Source of the DNA: Candidatus Thalassarchaeaceae archaeon
GTDB lineage: Archaea > Thermoplasmatota > Poseidoniia > Poseidoniales > Thalassarchaeaceae
Reading direction: 5' to 3'
NCBI GenBank assembly: GCA_045568075.1
Contig: JBJLBP010000001.1
Location: 180,001-212,000 of the forward strand
DNA: 32,000 nucleotides
A program made the translations under genes and the position numbers. The notes beneath the pieces are model-generated. The model worked only from the letters and a program-made list of their open reading frames with translations, searched no databases and was not told the origin of the DNA. How positions within the stretch are numbered: position 1 is the stretch's first letter; every line of letters begins with the position of its first letter. Below are positions 29,710 through 32,000 of this stretch, piece after piece.

Positions 29710-30501
29710 TTAGCAACTTCGGCAACAAAGTTCGGCTACAGAACCTACAACCAAACTAGGATTCTGTGTTGCCGCCACAAGATCTTCCCGCGTTGCTTCA
29801 CCTGACAATACGAGCACTCCATGAACACCCGCGCGATCCGCCATTTCGATGTCTGTGTAGAGCCTATCACCAACCATCGCGCATTGCCCCGGCTCGAGTC
29901 CAAGCTCCTCCACCTTATGCAGAATCATTCCAGCATTCGGTTTGCCCGTTACATGCGCGGCACTGACTCCTGTAGTCGCCTCAAATAGCGCCATGTAGGC
30001 ACCAGTGTCAGGTAAGCCGCCATCAGGAGAAGGGCAGACCATATCTGGATGGCTTACCACGAGCGGAACCCCACGATGCATCAACACGCTCGCCCGAGAC
30101 AATTTCTCGTAAGTAATCTCAGTATCATAGCCCAAAACGACGTATTGCGGATCAGCGGAATCAGTCGAAACGCCCGCTTCCTCGAGCATCTCCTTCATCC
30201 CATCAGTCCCGACAAGATAGGTTTCAGTAACTCCTTCACTATCCAACCAAGCCAACAAATCATGAGTCGAGAGCAGCACGTCTTCGGCAGCAGCTGGAAT
30301 TCCCATACCGTGCAACTTCGCAACGTATTGCTTGACCGAACGACTCGAATTATTTGAGAGGAAATAACGCTTTATTCCTGCCTCCTCGAGTCGCCCCAAG
30401 AAATCCAGTGAACCTTCGATTAGAGTGTCTCCAAGGTAGATAGTCCCATCTAAGTCAAGGAAAATTGCCTTGATTCCAGCCAGAGTCTTGTCGAGCGCCA
30501 T
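29710..30501 (-). CDS. HAD-superfamily hydrolase, subfamily IIA (NagD-like sugar/nucleotide phosphatase)
   Basis: It has motif I (IFLDLDGTIYLG), SNNSS, GKP, and motif IV (MVGDRLYTDIEMA). I trimmed the start to ATG 30501 (MALDKTLAGIKAIF...) because the longer ORF to 30657 overlaps the upstream GGR gene. The GGR stop at 30510 lies 8 nt upstream. Confidence 0.8.
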   Translation of the reverse strand: MALDKTLAGIKAIFLDLDGTIYLGDTLIEGSLDFLGRLEEAGIKRYFLSNNSSRSVKQYVAKLHGMGIPAAAEDVLLSTHDLLAWLDSEGVTETYLVGTDGMKEMLEEAGVSTDSADPQYVVLGYDTEITYEKLSRASVLMHRGVPLVVSHPDMVCPSPDGGLPDTGAYMALFEATTGVSAAHVTGKPNAGMILHKVEELGLEPGQCAMVGDRLYTDIEMADRAGVHGVLVLSGEATREDLVAATQNPSLVVGSVAELCCRSC

Positions 30502-30509
30502 CAAATCAC

Positions 30510-31922
30510 CTACGGAAGCACGATTGTCTTGAACAGGAACCATGGATTCCACAAGACTTGCTGAGTTTCTTTGCTCGCGATCATCTCCGACATCAACTCG
30601 CCGATGGCCGGTTTCCTCGATGCCTTTCCAATGACCAAATTGCACAGACGTTTCCATTTCATCATCCGCTGCAGTTTAGTCGAATTAGTCAGCTCTTTCC
30701 CTAGAGAGTCCCAGAGTTCGATCATGTAGTCGACCGCAGCACTTTCTGGAAACCCTTCTGCGTGCGCGACGCGGTCGAAGTGCTTGCTCGTCATCTTCGC
30801 TGAGAGTAGCGCGTTCCCAATCCCTTCACCGCTGAAGGGGTCAACAAGGCTAGCCGCATCGCCAACAGTCATTGCACCAGCCATTGCATTGCGCCGTGGC
30901 TGGTAGGAAGGAGCCTTCTTTCTCGGCGAGCCGAATGGAAGTTGCCATCCTTTGGCTGAACCCTCCAACATCTTCGCATTAGCAAACCGCTTGCTGAACC
31001 GAGGGTGCTCTTTGATTACCCATTCCTGGATTTTCTTGAGTGATTTCTTCATGCCTGTCTGCTTGCGTTGTTCGGAAATCAGCATTCCGATCCCGACGTT
31101 GACGAGTCCGTCACGGACTGGGAAGAGCCAGAAGTAGCCAGGCAAAACTTCGTCGATGAAGTGAATTTCAATCGGCCCCTCTCCGCCCTCTAGGCCCTCG
31201 ACATCCTCCCAATACTCACGATAGCCTCCACAAAAATGCTCGTCGTCGCGTAAGGGTTCGTTGTTTATCCCCTTAGTAATGGCGCTGGCGACTGGGCAAT
31301 TGTAGCCGCCTGCACCAATAGTCACTCGCGATGTGAAGCTGAGTTCTGGGCCATCGCCTCTCTTGCCACCCGCTTTGCAACGTACTCCAGTAATGCGGGC
31401 AGAATCCCCCTCACCTTCGTGAGTGACTTCCAGCACGCTGAAACCTTGGATGACAGTTCCTCCATGTTCGCGAACAATCTCCTGAGAGCGATAGAACATC
31501 AACCAGTCGAATTGCTCGCGCGGTAGGGCATAACCAGATTGCAAACCTTTGGCAGCGTAGGCTTCCTTTGGCAGCATTACTTTTACTTCAGAGCCGTTTG
31601 TGCTGCCGAAGATGATTGAATCTACAACATAATGGGGGGAAGCATCGACGAGTTCGAGAACACCAAGCTCCTTGGCGTGAGAGAGTGATTTACCACCAAC
31701 TGCATCGCCACAGACCTTGTCTCGTGGCCAAACATCTTTCTCGATCAGCAACACATTGCATCCGTTCATTGCATTGTATGCTGCAGCCGCAGAACCACCC
31801 GGGCCGCCACCCACAACAATGACGTCGAAGTCGGCCCCATTTTCGGGCACTTCGCCGGTGTCGATTGGTTGTGTGTAGTCAATCACAGGAGCACCGCAGA
31901 ACCGTCGAGTGTCGTCGGGCAT
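30510..31922 (-). CDS. geranylgeranyl reductase family FAD-dependent oxidoreductase (digeranylgeranylglycerophospholipid reductase-like)
   Basis: FDVIVVGGGPGGSAAAAYNAMNGCNVLLIEKDVWPRDKVCGDAVG carries the FAD GxGxxG motif and the conserved Cys. VGDAASLVDPFSGEGIGNAL is present later. At 470 aa it is somewhat longer than the ~400 aa of typical archaeal GGRs. Confidence 0.9.
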   Translation of the reverse strand: MPDDTRRFCGAPVIDYTQPIDTGEVPENGADFDVIVVGGGPGGSAAAAYNAMNGCNVLLIEKDVWPRDKVCGDAVGGKSLSHAKELGVLELVDASPHYVVDSIIFGSTNGSEVKVMLPKEAYAAKGLQSGYALPREQFDWLMFYRSQEIVREHGGTVIQGFSVLEVTHEGEGDSARITGVRCKAGGKRGDGPELSFTSRVTIGAGGYNCPVASAITKGINNEPLRDDEHFCGGYREYWEDVEGLEGGEGPIEIHFIDEVLPGYFWLFPVRDGLVNVGIGMLISEQRKQTGMKKSLKKIQEWVIKEHPRFSKRFANAKMLEGSAKGWQLPFGSPRKKAPSYQPRRNAMAGAMTVGDAASLVDPFSGEGIGNALLSAKMTSKHFDRVAHAEGFPESAAVDYMIELWDSLGKELTNSTKLQRMMKWKRLCNLVIGKASRKPAIGELMSEMIASKETQQVLWNPWFLFKTIVLP

Positions 31923-32000
31923 TCAAACTTCACCATCGCATTGATTGCCTCGCATGCGAGCCGATAGACATGGCCGATGAGGTGATTGTGATTCAGACGA

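Noticed and set aside
30502-30657. The 52-codon N-terminal extension of the HAD hydrolase ORF
   Set aside because: It overlaps the 3' end of the GGR gene in another frame. HAD motif I (DLDGT) sits the normal ~15 aa after ATG 30501.
31883-32000. A partial ORF at the right edge, upstream of GGR on the minus strand
   Set aside because: Two frames are open to the window edge. One ends at TGA 31923-31925 directly before the GGR ATG (...RMRGNQCDGEV). The other (...LIGHVYRLACEAINAMVKFECP...) ends at 31883 and overlaps GGR by 40 nt. With 40 codons or fewer and no motif, I cannot choose a frame or a function.

Overview
This is a dense, almost fully coding 32-kb chromosomal segment with about 31 CDS. 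I recognised no rRNA, tRNA, CRISPR array or IS element. The gene content points to an archaeon: GGGP synthase (4446-5258), geranylgeranyl reductase (30510-31922), ribosomal protein LX (3589-3816) and a beta-CASP RNase (6445-7752). These sit beside bacterial-type uvrA, a purine salvage pair (AzgA-type permease + apt), moeA, and TauE, LysE and BaxI-like membrane proteins. Ether-lipid genes combined with many secreted lipobox, BNR, M23 and adhesin-like proteins fit a marine planktonic euryarchaeon (MGII/Poseidoniales-like), but that placement is inference only. Five items stand out. (1) A 1207-aa protein (16784-20407) has a signal peptide, two duplicated unknown modules, near-identical 111-nt tandem repeats, thrombospondin-type-3-like Ca-binding repeats and one TM helix, and it ends in two cytoplasmic winged-helix domains. 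I read it as a candidate membrane-tethered sensor/DNA-binding protein. (2) A closed PAPS sulfation module lies at 1-3521: a cysC fragment, two sulfotransferases, cysQ and a 2-TM protein. (3) Two tandem paralogous lipobox BNR/Asp-box propeller proteins occupy 21959-25035. (4) A lipobox coiled-coil M23 peptidase lies at 28156-29673. (5) A polyproline/lysine-rich protein with a C-terminal zinc ribbon lies at 10173-10712. All functional calls come from motifs read by eye in the supplied translations and the DNA. No database search, topology predictor or structure prediction was run.
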